Shown: one piece after another, positions 40,420 through 51,480 of the stretch
Layout: each line of letters begins with the position of its first letter
Position numbering within the stretch: the stretch's first letter is position 1
From: Octopus sinensis
Lineage: Eukaryota
Assembly: GCF_006345805.1 (NCBI RefSeq)
Contig: NC_042999.1
Location: 125,364,001-125,428,000 of the forward strand
DNA length: 64,000 bases
Direction of reading: 5' to 3'
Translations under genes and position numbers: made by a program
The notes under the pieces: model-generated
The model's database searches: none
What the model was told of the DNA's origin: nothing
What the model saw: the letters and a program-made list of their open reading frames with translations, nothing else

Positions 40420-41602
40420 CGTTCAGTGTAAATGCAATCTAATGTAAATCAAAATCTAATGATATAGTAGAAACAGCTGTGCAAACAACCAAGCCTGCAT
40501 TAAAAAGTTATTAGAAAGTTTGAGGAGTATTTGATAAAGATTCTTATCTATAATTACAGTAAACTAGTGCAAGTAAGTTATCTCCAGCTGAAAAATTACT
40601 TAATATACGACTGTGAATAGTAATAAACTCTCTCCATGAGGTTGAACAAATAGTTAATTCAAAAACAATATAATGAAATTTTCTATAGATGGACATTACA
40701 TCCAAATGCCAGAAACAGGGTCTAGATTATACTTGAATATGAAATAGTTCAATTGACATCAGTTGAACAAATAGCTCCTAAATATCCTACTCCAAGCATA
40801 TTTACAAATCACAATAATGTTATCAATGGGTCAATAATATCACCAGCATCTCCTACAGAGCTGCCAGATGATCATGTGATCCCCTGTAGTAATGTTTCTA
40901 ACAGGTTAAGAATACCAATTTCTCCAATTACCATTGTTGCAACTATTCAATCACTAACACCTCCCACACTACCAATACTAAATCCCATTTACACTCACAG
41001 CATTTTATTAAAAATAAAATCCCCATATAAGAGTTGTAGGATCACAAAGGGAATTCAGAAGCCATAAAGATAATGACTAAGCAAATTACATTTTGTGGTT
41101 AGAATAATATTTAGATAATAGTATTCTCTTATTAATATATAAATGTATCTCTGAGGTCAACTTTGCTTTTCATCCTTTTGGGGGTCAATAAATTAAGTAC
41201 CAGTCATGTACTGGGGTTGATCTAATTGACTGGCCCCCTCCCCCAAATTTTCAAGCCTTGTGCCTAGAGTAGAAAAGAATATATAGCACACTGTTATGCT
41301 GACATGGTGTTGTTTGTATGCTGCATGCTTTCCTGTGGTGATACCAGTTCAATGTCAGATACAGTCGTATGGCCATAAGACTGTGTCTGATAATGTTGGA
41401 GAATTACAATACTCAGTTAAAACAGTTGTTTGAAGTTTCAAATTTACTGTTGTGAATTTAAATAATGACTGAGGCACATTAACTGATCAAGTTCTTTCAT
41501 ATGGTCGACTAATATATACTAACAGCTACATCACAATCTATAACATTTTTTAGAATAAAATAAATTAGAAATGCCAGAGATAAGTTAATGTTATCTTCAA
41601 TA

Positions 41603-42605
41603 AGGGTGGGGCAAAATGAATAATCTTTGATTTCTTGTCACTTTCTTCCTACTTGTTTAAAACCATTACATTGAAAATATTGCATCGTCATTTTGTACAG
41701 TTGCATTATCGTTTTGGGGAGTACAAATTGGTCAGCAAAGTTGTTGCTGAAGTTGTCAGGTGGCAGGTACTTTTTCCCCAAGAAATTTTTCAATTTTGAC
41801 CCAATTTTGTAGTTAGAATAATGTTTAGATAATAAACATAAATAAATGTATCTCTGAGGTCGACTTTGCCTTTCATCCTTTTGGGGGTCAATAAATTAAG
41901 TACCAGTCATGTACTGGGGTCGATCTAATCGACTGGCCCCCTCCCCCAAAATTTCCCCAAGAAATTCAGTTAGCTAATAAAATATCTGGATAATTTTTTA
42001 TGTTTAACAATCGATATTCTTTTCTCTGTTGGATTCCAACTCAATCTATTTCCTACACTAATAACTAATTTGATAATTTTCAATTTAGAAAAAAATATGT
42101 CTGGAGTGGGGTAAAATGAGTAATGACTAATTCAAATAATTCCTTGCCTCAGTTGCGTGATGTATTTACATATCTGGAAGAGAGCCATCCCAGAAGACCA
42201 TAAAGAAGCTATAGAGAATATTTTATGCTGAGTTTTTAGATTTATTCGCGTATCATTTATTAATTATCATGTGTCATTTTCCATGACCCTCATTTTTTTT
42301 TTTTTGCATTTCTGATCTTTATGATGCATAAGGATGGATAGTAATCTGTATGAGCCTTTTCTCAAATGTAATTCTGGAGAATTGAAGAGACAAATTTACC
42401 TTATTTCGTCTTATTTTGCTCCACCTAAATGTCTTTTGTATACTCAAAGAGAATGAGGATAATTTTCTGAAATGTTTTTAATGCATTTAGAGAAGGTCAC
42501 TTTCTTACCCGATATGGTTTTTGTAAGGTAGTGAACAATTGTAAAAAAAAAACTTTTTTCCTCAAAGTAAAAAATACAGTAAATATTACTCATTGTGCCC
42601 CACAT
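41603..42605. mobile_element. Old non-autonomous DNA transposon with repeated GTGGGGYAAAATGAG-like termini
   Basis: gtggggcaaaatgaataat (about 41606) and gtggggtaaaatgagtaat (about 42106), with inverted copies at about 42410 and 42585. Confidence 0.45.
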
Positions 42606-43260
42606 CCATAATCATTTTATTAAAAACAGTAGCTTACCAGTGTTTAAGTGACTGGGCTACCGTTTCGTATATTATCATCGGGTAGACTGCAGGGTTTTTT
42701 TTCTTTATTAATTTTTTATTTCTTAACACAACCCCCAAATATTAGCACGTTAATGTTGTAAGATACGGAAATAGAATATAGAATCGAAAATAGATCATAG
42801 TGGATCGGAAATTCTCTCACATATGTGCCAAAGTTTGATTTCTAAATAATTCATTTGCATCATTTAAACAATGGTAACTTTTAAATAAAATTAAAAACCT
42901 GGCACCTAGAGAGTTAAACTGGGTGTTGAGCAGAAGATGCAGAAGAGATCTAAGACGAGAATGGAATTATAATAGAAAATAAACAACAATCATACATTCG
43001 GTAAATTCAACAACAAAAAAGAATATTTAGAACGTTAACTTTAACAACGCAAAATACTATAGTTGTAATAGTTGATAATAATTAAAATTAATATCCTACA
43101 AACTTCGTGTCATTTACCAATATAAATATAATTGGTTTCTTCTGCTTATGCTTTCATTGTTCAAAATAATCACAATCTGATATAATCAACCAACATATGG
43201 GATATTTTAGAAATAAAAATAACAGCATTCATCAAGTTAAAATCGTCTGATATACCTTAC

Positions 43261-43645
43261 TTTGCATATTTGTTGAAATAATTTCAATCTCTTGTCTAAA
43301 CAAAGTTTATAACAACTATATTACATTGTTTTAAAATAAATTGACACGTTGTAACTGAAGAGTAAACAATTTATAATCATGACGATTTTATGCCGGGTTT
43401 CTTTCAACAAAATAATGCTGTTTTATCCGATATGCTTATTTTAAAAACCGTTAGTAAATTATAACAAAAGAAACAGACCTTATACAGCAAGAATAGATGT
43501 GAAATTTCAGTAAATTTTATGTAGTGTATCCTAACATCAACAATACATCGCCATCAGGACCGCCGATTGCTAAGCAGACTGAATTATTTCCCTTAACACA
43601 ACATGAATTATCTTTCCTTGATTCTCCTTATCTCTCAGTCTTCAA
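43261..43645. promoter_or_regulatory. Probable bidirectional promoter / 5'UTR region shared by ILKAP (+) and CDK5RAP3 (-)
   Basis: Repeat-free, CpG-retaining stretch just upstream of the ILKAP ATG; candidate minus-strand GTAAG donor at 43260 for a CDK5RAP3 non-coding exon. Confidence 0.55.
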
Positions 43646-43676
43646 ATGGATCTTTTCGGAGATTTACCGGAGCCAG
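43646..43676 (+). CDS. ILKAP: ILKAP coding exon 1
   Basis: ATG GAT CTT TTC GGA GAT TTA CCG GAG CCA G|gtgata = MDLFGDLPEP, the same as the human ILKAP N-terminus as I recall it. Confidence 0.93.
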
Positions 43677-44485
43677 GTGATATGAATTTTTATTGAACTG
43701 TTAAAATATCTATTATATTCGTTCTTTCTCGTGTTATGAAGTATAAATACTTTACGTTACTTAATATATATGTAATTTACCTAATGAAATTTGATTTACA
43801 TCTTAGTTTAGAAATGAATCAATGAAGAAGCCTCTACGTGGTTATTTGACCTATTAGAAATTGCAGCACAATCTCCTTCAGATCACATTTATTTATCTTT
43901 TTAAAAAACGACAGCGTGTCATGTAAAACACTATATCGAGAAAAGTTGAGATTGTCACACCTGGAACGCAATTCATAATATATCTGTGCTATCTGTAGCG
44001 ACCTGGGACGAAACAATTTTGTCGTAATAGTAAAGATTTCCTTTACGAAAAAGGAAATAATTGATTCAACTCAGATACAGACTACATTATACCTTCACAA
44101 GATATCATAATACGCAGAAAGTTTTTTTTTTTCCTATAGCTATATAATTGCTTACCAAACTCTAGTGAAGAACAAACACGATGTTGACGAAGTAAGCGGA
44201 TCCAATGAAAAGCTAAACAAAAAATAACCAAATGTAAATCATTCATATTATCCAAGATTCCTTTTTAAAATATTTTAATGGCGAAGTTTCGCATACTCGG
44301 TGTATGTGTATATGTATGTCTGCATGTATGTGTGTGTGTGTGTATGTATCTATGTGTGTGTGTGTGTGTGTGTAAGTATGTGTGTGTGTGTGTATGTATG
44401 TGTGTGTGTGTATGTATCTATGTGTGTGTGTGTATGTATGTATGTATGGCCGATTCATAGTAATTTTTTACTCGGTGTATGTGTA

Positions 44486-46325
44486 TAATAATAATAATAA
44501 TAATAATAATAATTGTGTACAGTGCTCAGGTGCACTACAACTCATCTAAAGTGTATATATAATCAGGTGTAGTTTCGGCGGATTTCGGAAAGCATGAGGG
44601 CCTTAAAAGATGCAGTGTCATGGCAGTCAACAACTGACGCAGGCAGTTTATTCCATGCTTCAGCAACTCTGAGCGTGAAAAAATGTTTCCGAAAGTCATG
44701 AGAGCTGTATTGTTTTCTGACTTTGTAGGCATGTCCACGTGTGTTAGACACATGGAGATCAAAAAGGTGTTCAGTGTTGTTGTTGGTGAGGTGGTTGATA
44801 ACTTTGTGGGTGTTTACCAAGTCCGTCGCCAGACGCCGGAGCTTCAGTGAATCCATGCCCAGGGAAACAAGGCGCTCAGAATATGGTAGGTGTCTGATGG
44901 AGGGTATGCGTTTGGTTGCACGTCTCTGGACAGATTCCAGGAGGTCAATGTTCTGTGCAAGATAGGGGTTCCAAACTGATGATGCAAATTCCAAGTGTGG
45001 TCGTACCATAGCTGTATACAGTTTTAAATAGATGGCTGGAGAGCGGCTAACAAAAGACCTGCTGAGTGATGCCAAGACACCCTCGGCCTTCCTGACAATC
45101 TTAGAGATATGCTTTGTCCAACGCAAATCACTGCTGACAGTGATGCCTAGGTCACGCTCGCAAGAGGATTTCTTGATATCAGTGTTGTGGAGGGAGTATG
45201 TGAACGCAGGGTTTTTTCTCCCAAAATGCATGGTGGTACACTTGTCCACAGCCAGTTTCAGTTGCCAGTCTGTGATCCATTGCTGCATTGTGTCTAGGTC
45301 TGATTGCAGGAAAGAGTTGTAGACATCAGGATCTGTCCTCTTGATTTCAAGGTACAGCTTGATGTCGTCTGCATATTTCAATACTGTGGCATTCTTTAAA
45401 TTGGCATCTATGTCGTTAATGTATGCCACAAACAAGAGGGGACCAAGGACAGATCCCTGTGGTACACCCGATGACATCTCATATGGTGTAGAGTGCTGTC
45501 CTAGAACTGTGACAACCTCCTTTCGGCTGAGGATGAAGGATTTCAACCAGTTAAAAAGGTCATCCCCCACACCCATTGCAGAGAGTTTCACCATAAGCCT
45601 TTTGTGTGGCACAGAGTTGAAAGCCTTAGCAAAGTCAAGGTAGACAACATCCACCCATGAGCCACTGTCAGTAATCTGAGTAATGTCCTCAAGGAACTCG
45701 ACAAGCTGGTCACTGCAGCTGGAGTTAGGGACAAATCCATATTGTGAGGGTCGGATGAGACTGTGAGAGCTCCAGAAGTTCCAGAGTGTTTCTCTGACAC
45801 ACGATTCCATCAGTTTTGCAATACAGCTAGTGAGACTGACTGGGCGATAGTTGACAGGTGATGTGCGGTCGCCCTTTTTGAACAGAGGAATGACACTGGC
45901 AGTTTTCCACTGCTCCGGAGTAGTAGCACCATTGTTGAGACAGTACTGGAAGAAAATAGAAAGCTGGTGTAAAAGGAAGTGCCTGCCACGTTTGAGAAGC
46001 AGGTATGTAACTCCATCGAGACCAGGGGAGGCATAGTTGCGCTTATTTTGAAGGTGACGTCGCAGCATTGCAGGTGTAAATTCCATAGTTGTTATGGAGT
46101 TTGCTGTTAGTGATGGTGAAGATGGTACATCTTGACTTTCAACAGTGAATATGTTTGCATAGCACTCGGCAATGAGTTCTGCGCATTCCTTGGGGTCGTC
46201 AGTGATCTGGTTTGTGTGAGGGTTGCGAAGAGGGCCCACTGGAGAGTGAGGTCTCTGCTTTGAGTGCACATATTTCCAGAAAACCTTACTGTCAGGATTG
46301 GCTGCTATGCACTGTTCAAATGTCT
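44486..46325 (-). mobile_element. Young 5'-truncated CR1-clade LINE with an uninterrupted reverse transcriptase frame, antisense in ILKAP intron 1
   Basis: ORF 44563-46416 has NYRPVSLTS, QYGF, YLDFAKAF, SGVPQGSVLGP, YADD, ERDLG, VRPHLEFASSVW, TRGH and WNKLP; (ATT)n tail at about 44486-44513; no endonuclease domain; the first ~30 aa of the ORF look like read-in from flank. Confidence 0.95.
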
Positions 46326-47614
46326 GTCTCTTCACACACACTAACAGAAGCACTTCACTTACACAACATACTGTCTGTCTCCCACACCCCATCAAACACA
46401 CACAGGCCGACTTCAAAGTGAAACCTTCTCGTCGTAAAATCGCTTCCTCTTAGTCTCTTTCGCTCTCATTACTTATGTAAAAAAATAAAATTTTTTTACG
46501 GAAATCGACGGAAATCTGTGCTACTACAACCGAAACTATGCCATTTTAATGACATAGCCATGACCATAAAAACATAAAAATCGTATCTAATGAAGGCAGA
46601 ACCACAGCGCAATTATTCAATGTACATAAACTAAGATCAACTTATTAGCAAACAAACAACATGACTATATATATGTGTGTGTGTGTGTGTATATATAAGT
46701 AGTGCATTTTGTTTGTTTTTCTCTTTTTTTTTCTTTCTTTTGAACTTTCGTTTTAAGATAATCTTTATGTTACCAACATTGTATAATATACAATAGATGT
46801 TTACTCTAAGTGTTTACTCTTTGTGCTGCATAAATGATAAGCACAAAAGATAGAAATATAGTTTGCTTTTACTTATTTATTCACAAGCACGTTCTCAACA
46901 TATCGTATATCAGTAATAAAATTAGTCAAAGAGAAATAACAGCAACAAGTGAAAAATAACAACTTTAAAAAAAAATAGATTGATTATTTCAAAGGATAGC
47001 TCTAATTCCATTGACTGAAGCTTATTATAAATGGAGAGACGGCGATGCTGAGCACTGGGGATCGATGCGGTCAACTTTCTTCCACCCTTTAACATTGCTG
47101 GCTTTGTGCCAAAATTAGAAAGAATTAGTGTTGGTTTCGAATTTAAGCACAAGGACAGCAATTTCAGGGGTGGGAGTAAGTCGATTATATCGACCCCAGT
47201 GGTCAGCTGGTACTTATTTTATCGACTTCGAAAGGATGAAAGGCAAAGTTGAATTCGGCAGACGAATTTGAAAAACATGTCTGGCCAATACTACCTTGCT
47301 TGTAAATATTTTGCCAGCTTACCACTTTACTAAAAAGAATTATTATTGTTATCAAGACGGTGAGCTGGCAGAACAGTTAGAATTCCGGGCAAAAATGCTT
47401 AGTGGCATTTCACCCGTCCGTATTATACGTTCTGAGTTCAAATTCCGTCAAGGTCGACTAGGCGGCGAACTGACGGAATCGTTAACGCACCGAGTAAAAT
47501 GCTTGGCGGCATTTCGTCTGTCTTTACGTTCTGAGTTCGAATTTCGCCGTGGCCGACATTTGCTTTCATCCTTTCGGGGTCAATAAAATAAGTACCAGTA
47601 GAGCTCTGGGGTCG

Positions 47615-47870
47615 ATTATTTACATTTGACGGATATTTGTCTTCATCTTGTTTATTGTTAACACAACGTTTCGGCTGATATACCATCCAGCCTTCATCAG
47701 GTGTCTTAGGAAAATTTCGAACATGGGTTTTCGTTCCTAAGGTATTTTTCGATGTTGTTGCTGTTGTTGTTGTTATTATTATTATTATTATGGTCACTAC
47801 CTGGAATCGAACTCGGAATCTTGGGGTTAAGAGCGCAGACTACTAACCCCAAAATTCCGAGTTCGATTCC
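47615..47870 (-). mobile_element. tRNA-headed SINE-like element with an (AAT/AAC)n linker and a hammerhead-bearing Penelope-like tail; head partly duplicated in inverted orientation
   Basis: B-box GAGTTCGATTCC, microsatellite, then a hammerhead at 47660-47705; same architecture at about 62915-63122 (+). Confidence 0.7.
47660..47705 (-). ncRNA. Minimal type I hammerhead ribozyme motif
   Basis: GACAC-CUGAUGA-A-GGCUG(10-nt loop)CAGCC-GAAAC-GUU-GUGUU; palindromic ACGU stem III of the dimer-forming type. Confidence 0.75.
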
Positions 47871-48407
47871 GTCAATGGGTCACAACAAAAAAGTTTGACA
47901 AACGCAGGCTTAGAGCAATTGTCCACAAAGGTAGTATGTGGTCTCTGTTCAAAATTTCAAAAGGCTGCAGTGTGAAATGTATAAATATTCAGTTATATAT
48001 ATCTTTCAATAGGGAGATGAAACTGGGAAAATAAGTTTTGTTGATAAAATTGGCCTATTAAGAGGACAAAACTTTTAAAAGCCTGCGATCCATGGGAAAA
48101 TTCATTCAAATAAAAAGACTCTTTGGTAGTAAGAAAAGTTGGGGACCATTGGCAGAGAGACTTCCTGGCAAAGAGAAATGCCAAATGGCCGAGTTTTCTG
48201 TTCTGACACAAATATATACAAATATGTATGGGATAAGAGGACTGACCCTTCAGTTTTGCATGGAGTTAGAGCTAAAAGAGGGTGGTCGAGGAGTCCTCTT
48301 ATATTGGTGGGGACTTTATATGTCGTTTGTTGTTACAGAATGTTACTATATAAATATATTTCTGGTTTCTCACCATAAAGAGTATCATTATGGTGTATCA
48401 TCAGACC

Positions 48408-48461
<54 letters not shown>

Positions 48462-48477
48462 ATATGTATATATATAT

Positions 48478-48609
48478 ATATTTAGCAGAAGTAACAGAGT
48501 AACTGAAGGCCCGAGAGTTTCGTGTGTTGGCACTTATCAAACTAGTTTGATAAGTGCCAAAGCACGACACTCTCGGACCTTGAGTCACTCTGTAACTTCT
48601 GCTAAATAT
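48478..48609. repeat. Near-perfect 132-bp palindrome with a hammerhead variant in each arm
   Basis: Symmetry centre aact|agtt at 48543/48544; plus arm AGU-UUGAUAA-GUGC-CAAA-GCAC-GACA-CUC..GAG-UC-ACU; minus arm retains GAAA. Confidence 0.85.
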
Positions 48610-48936
48610 TAATAAAGATATACATATACTCATATTTTGAGTTCTATTTGTCTATTTGTTCGACTAAAAACCCTTCAAAGTGGTGCTCCAGCATAGCTGT
48701 AATAAAATGACTGAAGCAAATAAAAGAATATATATTGAATTGTTAATCCCTACAAATTTTTTTCTCTCTCCGTTTTTTTTTTTTTACCCTCTCAGTCCTT
48801 TCTGTCAAAAAGCATAAGCTCAAAACATCAAAGACGTTTCCATTCTTCCCAAGCGTTAAATTAATACACCTGCTTGTTGTTCCTTCACCTGTCTTCGTCT
48901 TTTGTTTTCTGTAAATTTGAACTCTATATATATATA

Positions 48937-50184
48937 TCAAGTTGGTGCAAGGGTAATGACCGATTTTAAGGTCTCTATTAAAATGAAAAGGTGCATGAAT
49001 AAGACAATATTTATTCATTAACATAATTTCTATCGCTTTCTAGAACTTCATTCCATCTGTCAACAAGCTTATAAATGCCACGCTTGTAAAATTGTTTAGG
49101 TTTACATACGAAATATGAATCCAACTCATTTTCATCCTCTTCTCTTGATGTCAACTTTAGACCATTCAAATGGTTCTGTAGTCCCTGAAACAAGTGATAA
49201 TCAGAAGGAGCAATGTCTGGAGAATATGGAAGATGAAAATATTTCCTAACCAAGCTCTTCCAAGAGATCTTAAGTCAGTTGAGCTGTGTGAGGACGAGCA
49301 TTATCATGGTGGAAGATGACACCTTTTATGTTGACTATGCAGGGTCACTTTCTGTTCAAAGCAGCTTTCAAATGATAAAGTTGATCACAGTAAAGATTAG
49401 CAGTTATTCTTTGATTGTTGTCTAACAGTTCATAATGGACAATTCCTTCAATATCCCACCATACACTCAACATGATCTTCCTTGGATGAAATCCTCTTGG
49501 TTGTTGAACAGGTCTTCCTCGACTGATCAACGATCAGTTAACATTAGAGTAAAATACCCACTTCTCATCACCTGTAACAAGCTTTCATAAAAAGTTCCTT
49601 AAGGTGTCATAAAAGCAATGACTGACAACAAACAACACGCTGTTGCAGATTCTCTGGAGATAGCTCGTGCACGACTCATTTTCCAGCCACTGAAACCTTT
49701 CCGATCCTTTTCAGTTGGTGTAGAACAGTTGTTTGGGCTATGTTAAACTGTTCTGCAATTTCTCTACAAGTAGCAGCTGGATTTTCTGTGACAACATTTT
49801 TCAACTTTTCAGAATCAAGTTGTTTTTAATTATCTTCTTTTGGTTCGTCTTTCAAACTCAAATCCCCCTCTTCTGAAGCAAAAAAAAACACCTCCTGCAA
49901 CTTCTTTCACTCATTACATCATCCCCATAAACTCTCTGAAGAAACTTTGCTGCTGTGCTTGCATTGACACCTTTATGAAACTCATGTTTAATGTGATCTT
50001 TAGATGGGTCAAACATGGGTGCAAATATAGCAGAAGATTGTGGCAATTACAATTAGAATCTGAAAGAAAAATCTATAAATTGCTCAATGTAACATTCTGA
50101 AAATATTGCAAGAGGCACTATTTAAAAAAATAATATTAAAAACTATTTTCTGACAAATCGGCCATTACCTTTGCACCAACCTGA
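48937..50184 (-). mobile_element. Full-length inactive mariner transposon (1248 bp)
   Basis: About 30-bp TIRs tcaagttggtgcaagggtaatgaccgattt / aaatcggccattacctttgcaccaacctga within TA repeats; TGDEKW, MLSVWWD, FHHDNARPH and YSPDIAPSDYHLF motifs; frameshifts. Confidence 0.93.
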
Positions 50185-50550
50185 TATATATATAAAAGAT
50201 AGTGGTACAACAATGCACCAATATTTACTGGAAATAGCAGTCAATGATATATCTAGAGAGAGAGAGAGAGAGAAAATTAATGTAGTTGTTGGTTATGGTT
50301 GATCAGGCCATAACAAGAAGTGTGGTGGAATAGTAGGAAGGTTAACAGAGAAAGTTGTGTTGGTATGTGGAAGATGTGCAAGAGCCATAAAGACTACAGA
50401 TTGAGAATTAAATGCATTGTCTTCATTACAGTATTTAAATATTTTATATTCTTGTAATTGTAGCAAAAAAGAAAGCTGGGGTTTTTTTTTTTTTCTTTTT
50501 TCAATTTTATAAATAATATCTGAGTCATTTTGATGTAGATCTAGTTCTGG

Positions 50551-51290
50551 GTGGCAAGACTTCCTTTTATACCCCATCCCCCAAAACACCCCTTTTTTTA
50601 TTATTTTTTTTTTCTACACAAACCCCCGTTTTCAGCTATGGAGAATACAAATCTGCAAAAAAAAATTGGCAAAAATCGACATTTCGAAATTACACCCCAC
50701 CTATCCACCACCACCACCCCTAAATTCTTTATTTTTAACTTTTTTCAGATTTTTTTTTTTTTTTTTTTCAAATTTGTGGAAAAATACAGAGATTATGATT
50801 CTGAAAAAGTTTTCTCATCATCATTGTTCGACTGTGATCAAGACAATGGAATTTACTATGTTACGCCAGACTTCACGGCCCATTATAGCATTACGGAGGT
50901 CCTGTTGCTGGATGCCTGTATCCCTGGAGATTACATCAGGGTAGGAGAGTGTGCGTCCTCTGGTATCACGAGCAGATGGCTTCCAGAGGAGAAGAGTAGA
51001 AATTACCTCGTTTTCAGCTCTACAACAATGTCCAGCAAACTGGACTCTTCTACCTTTTACAAGAGATGATACAGGTGGTAGTTTCCCATATATTTGTACT
51101 TTGGTTGGATGATGCTTCCACGAGAGATTTCTACTTAAGGTTAGGGTTAGGGTTATAGAAAAAAGTGGAAAATGAAGAAATGGGGGGGGGGTTCAAAATT
51201 CTGATTTTTGGCAATTTTCTGGAATTTTCGTATCTGAAAACGGTTTTTGGCAAAAAAAAATGGTGGAGAGACGGGAGGAAGACTTTCCAC
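50551..51290. mobile_element. Probable non-autonomous DNA element carrying a short (TTAGGG)n
   Basis: Imperfect termini gtggcaagacttcc / ggaagactttccac; ggttagggttagggtta at about 51139-51155. Confidence 0.4.
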
Positions 51291-51480
51291 ATGTAGTCCC
51301 AGGTTAGACCTGATTGAAGACATTGCACTCATCTATTATCTTTTACTTGTTTCTGTCATTAGACTGTGGCCATGCTGGAGGCACCACCTTGAAGAATTTT
51401 TAGGCTATCATTCCCTATATTTGTCTCTCTATTATCATTCCCTATATTTGTCTCAAATTATGTATATGAAATTATTTCCA

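Noticed and set aside
40753-41067. 104-aa Pro/Ile/Ser-rich ORF next to the hammerhead
   Set aside because: No recognisable domain and non-ATG start; possibly TE-derived but unassignable
44563-46416. 617-aa RT as a host gene or a retron/DGR-type system
   Set aside because: Motifs, 5' truncation and the (ATT)n tail identify an ordinary CR1-clade LINE
51135-51157. Interstitial telomere
   Set aside because: Only about three TTAGGG units, embedded in a probable MITE
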